From: Chrysomallon squamiferum
Lineage: Eukaryota > Animalia > Mollusca
Direction: 5' to 3'
DNA length: 64,000 bases
NCBI GenBank assembly: GCA_012295275.1
Contig: CM022666.1
Location: forward strand, 3,348,001-3,412,000
Positions 59,983 through 64,000 of the stretch are shown here, in pieces. The position numbers and the translations under genes were made by a program. Each line of letters starts with the position of its first letter. Position 1 is the stretch's first letter. The notes beneath the pieces are model-generated. The model was not told the DNA's origin. It saw only the letters and a list, made by a program, of their open reading frames with translations, and made no database searches.

Positions 59983-62900
59983 TCTTGACCTGTTCCAACC
60001 AATTTTGCTACATCTGTCATATTTTTTCTGTCCTATATGAGGAGATGCACATGATACTCAATGAATGCATTATCAAAATCTTAACAGCAGATATTTTATA
60101 TAATCCTCTTTTTAGTCAAATCAGCACATACCAGGCAACTTATGCAGATATTTATTAGCAAAGGAATGAAAATGTGGAAAAACATAGAGTACATTAATAA
60201 GAAATGACTCTGCAGCAAATTACAAATTAATTATAATTGACTGAATGTTCACAAATAAAAAGAAACAGATATACTGTAACAAAATTTATTTTAATTTTTC
60301 CCATCATATTTTCTAACACAGTATAGGTAAAATTTCACTGTGTATTTGTATCAGGTCATAAAACTAATCACAAATTAATTAAATTGAAACAAAAACAAGA
60401 TACCAACACATTTTGACAAATTTATTTTATTTCTTTCATCATAATCATTTTCTAACACAATCCAGGTAAAATTTCACTCTATCATTACATTTAGCCTTAA
60501 AATTACTTTCAAATTAATTATATTAAATGTTTATAAACAAAATACAAAATGTCTACAAGTGCAAGTGTACCTACACATGTATATCACACACCAATAACAA
60601 CAAAGTAACAAAATTATTAAAAAAAAAAACCAATACCTCACAACCTGAAATTATCCAAACTCTTTTCTATTCTACTTTCAACATAAAATCACTTGTGAGT
60701 TACACATGCTGTATAAAAATATGTAGCACTATTTCTATACTTAGATACCAAAAGCTTCCACCATCACAGAACAATTACTACTATTCAGATTTATATTTTT
60801 GGCACTATAATATTAATATATTCAAAAGCTTGTTACCAAACCGTACATAAATATTTTTGAGGTATTTAAAACAATTCCCAATATCCATAAGCAAAAATCA
60901 AACTTGTTATTTAAAAATGTTCCCACATCCTTATAGAAATAATTTTATTCAAGCAATTGAAGGCATACACTATCCCTGTTAGTATATATTCAGTTTAAAA
61001 ATGTGAAAAATGCTATAAGTATAAAAACTAAAGCTATACATATATCCCTTCATTACGGCCATTATATCCTAATTATTATACACAGTGTCACATAACAGAT
61101 GTACCTGGACATTTTTATAAGAGATAAAAGCTTAAAATAATCCACTTGAAATGAGACATTAAAAAGTGATAAATATATTTCACTGTCAAGTATATATAAA
61201 AAAAATAAAAAATAAAAAAATAAAATTATGAACAATGGAAAGTTCTTAATAAAATTATTTGCTAATATGATGTATTTACTCACAAAAGTCAAAACAATTA
61301 TTTACTTACAAAGTTCAAAATATGTAAGATTGATGATAAGAAGACGTCAGTATTATTTGCTAATAAAATATATTTATTCACTTTAGTCAAAAACTCGTTA
61401 AAAACTGATAAATCCATTTCCTAAAAGATTAAAAGCAATGAAAAATCCTTGATAATATTACATGCTAATACAAGATATTTATTCACATCAGTAAAGAATG
61501 GGCATTATTTCAAGAAGGAATTATCAAAATGTTCTTATACAAAGCTCTGCAGTAACAGAAAACTGGGTACCGGTAAGCTTCTGGATTTCTGGATTAGTTA
61601 GATGCAGGCTAAATCTTCACTTCAGATATAAAATAAACAGTGAAAAGTAAACAATGAAGGTGAATTCGACAAATTAATACATTGCTAACTCTGGCTCGTT
61701 TGATCTTTATTAATTCACTCAAAATTCTTTAAATTCTCGTAACGTGTATAGACTATGCTTTTCACCAGCATTTCAGTAGCATTTTTGCTAGTTTTTCAGA
61801 CATGATAAAATAAATGGAAATAAGAGTAAACTGAAATTTCAGCTTATTGTGAGAGAAACACCTGTACAAAGCAGCACTCTCATCTGAATTGGCTTCATCG
61901 AAGCTAAAACAAAGTTTGCATGCTTCAAACGTATTTAGCCATTTAAAGAAAAAATATTTGTTATAGATTTTCGGGAACTGGACAAATGCACAAGGTAATC
62001 AATCATAAACTTTATTTTTTGTCTTAAATAACAAATATTAAAGTTGACTCTGCATTGTTGTAATGAAATTTTCGGAACCAGAATTTTCAGCACATGATAA
62101 TTAATACATGAACACACTTTTGTACTCAATAAACCAATAACATATTTGTAAATTAAAAGCATTAATTAATGCTGACATAAGTCAATGTAAATTCCACATA
62201 CAAAAAAAAAACAAAAAACAAGAAGAGTGATAGTATTATCAACATATACAGATATATAAAACGTTAAATAAATTAAATAAAGAAAAATAGATACGAATAA
62301 AAGCTGAAATTAAATAATAAATTAAAGCCTGTTTTTAACAAACAAAACAATTAAGCCACATTTTGAGCAAATAATAAAAAGAATGTTGTGATAGCTATTG
62401 CATAAGAGTTAATCAACAAGACACACACTCATATTTCAGTACATGCACCAAAACAAAGGAAAACAGAATTGTACATCCCCCAAAAATACAAAATACATCA
62501 CTTGTATATTCAATTTTAAGAGAATAAAACATTAATACATATAAACAAGGTACAGATCATAACATCATTAACAACACGAAATACTGGATTTCAATAAAAT
62601 GAAATAAATATACATCATTAATGCTTTAAATAATCAAAATTATTTTAACAATCACGTCCCCTCAATAAATATTATAAATTAAAAATGCATTTTAAAAAGA
62701 GGAATGTATTAATCAAGATATTCACAATACAAGTTATAAATACAACACAGGCACAACGAAATCACTTATTTTATCTGAAAAGAAAATAAACTGCGGATAA
62801 ACAAAATAAAACTAATGCGTTAATTATATTTATAGGTAGATAGATAAACAGATAGATAGTGATAATTCAGAACATTTAGTACTGCTAATTTTTGCTTATA

Positions 62901-64000
62901 AAAATACATAGAATTTAGTAAGCATATCCTCTTCTTTTCGAAAATACTATCTAAAACGAAATCTTAGTCAAGAAGATGAATTAAAAATATATTTTGAAAC
63001 TCTCTCTGGTTTGTTGTGCAAAATAATTTAATTCGTATCTTAAAATGAATCAGCACTTTTTTCTGCAAAAATAATTAATTTAAGAAAAAAAACTATCAAT
63101 TTTTTTGTGAAATGAATCAAAATTATTTAAAAAAAAAAAATAATAATAAAAATAACAATGATAATAATAAACACTGTAAAAATTGTTGTTTATTTTCAAA
63201 TTATCAATTCTCTAAATCTTAAATTCATTAGCTTTATTTGCACAATTCAGTTTCAGTGAGGTAGCTAATAACATTAAACTTATTCTGCAAATTGAAAATA
63301 AACAACAGAAACTTTCACAACTGAAAAAAATAAAAAAAATAAAAATAACAAAACACTCACAACTCATTGTAATCCATATAGCAACACTGTATCTCTATAT
63401 CTATCTGTCTATATCTATATACCTATAGATGGTGAAACAAACATAAATCTAATATATTACAAAACAGAAGAAACAAGAAGCACAAACAAATATCACAATA
63501 TATTGCACATCTTTTTGTAGAAATAAACTTGATATGCAAAAATATAAAATGAGTTGTATTCTTCACAGCAGATATTGTGATTTTCTTATATATCACATTT
63601 ATGTAATAACATTATTAGAGTATTATTTTATTTCAGTTTTCCTGATTCCTCTAGTAATATTATTAGAGAAAAATTAAAATAAAATTAAAAATAAAAAAAT
63701 TGTAAAATTTTCTTCTTTTTCATTTTTAGTTTTTTTAAAACAGAAAATAAACATTCATTTTCTTCTTCTATAATTTTTTTTTTTATTCACATTCACTTTT
63801 AATCTTTTTCATATGCTAAACCTTTAACTCTTTTGACTATATCTTAGCAGATTTTAATTAAATAAATAAAAAAAAAAATTATATTTTAAAAATTTACAGT
63901 GACAAATTAGATTTAATTAATATGTCTTGAAAGAAATAAAAAAGAACTCAATGATACCATTATGCTAAAATAATAAATTAAGAAAAATTAAGAAAATTAA

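Overview
AT-rich, microsatellite-dense animal genomic DNA, probably a mollusc (inferred from SINE remnants and composition). Almost all ORFs in the supplied track are simple-repeat artefacts. I reconstructed two spliced genes by hand, head-to-head with about 470 bp between start codons. On the minus strand is a 6-exon stand-alone nitrobindin (homologue of the THAP4 C-terminal heme beta-barrel, 42693-47201). It has no THAP domain and instead an N-terminus resembling a mitochondrial presequence. On the plus strand is a 12-exon ATG4B-type cysteine protease (47674-55581). Human THAP4 and ATG4B have the same divergent arrangement. Each gene has one single-base frameshift, most likely an assembly error. 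Region 30.9-41.4 kb holds a 2.5-2.7 kb unit in three tandem copies plus one partial inverted copy, and a degenerate U5 snRNA sequence lies in the spacer of that inverted repeat. In the first 30 kb I found no coding exon; it consists of CpG-rich islands with CRE, E-box and TCTCGCGAGA motifs separated by microsatellites.
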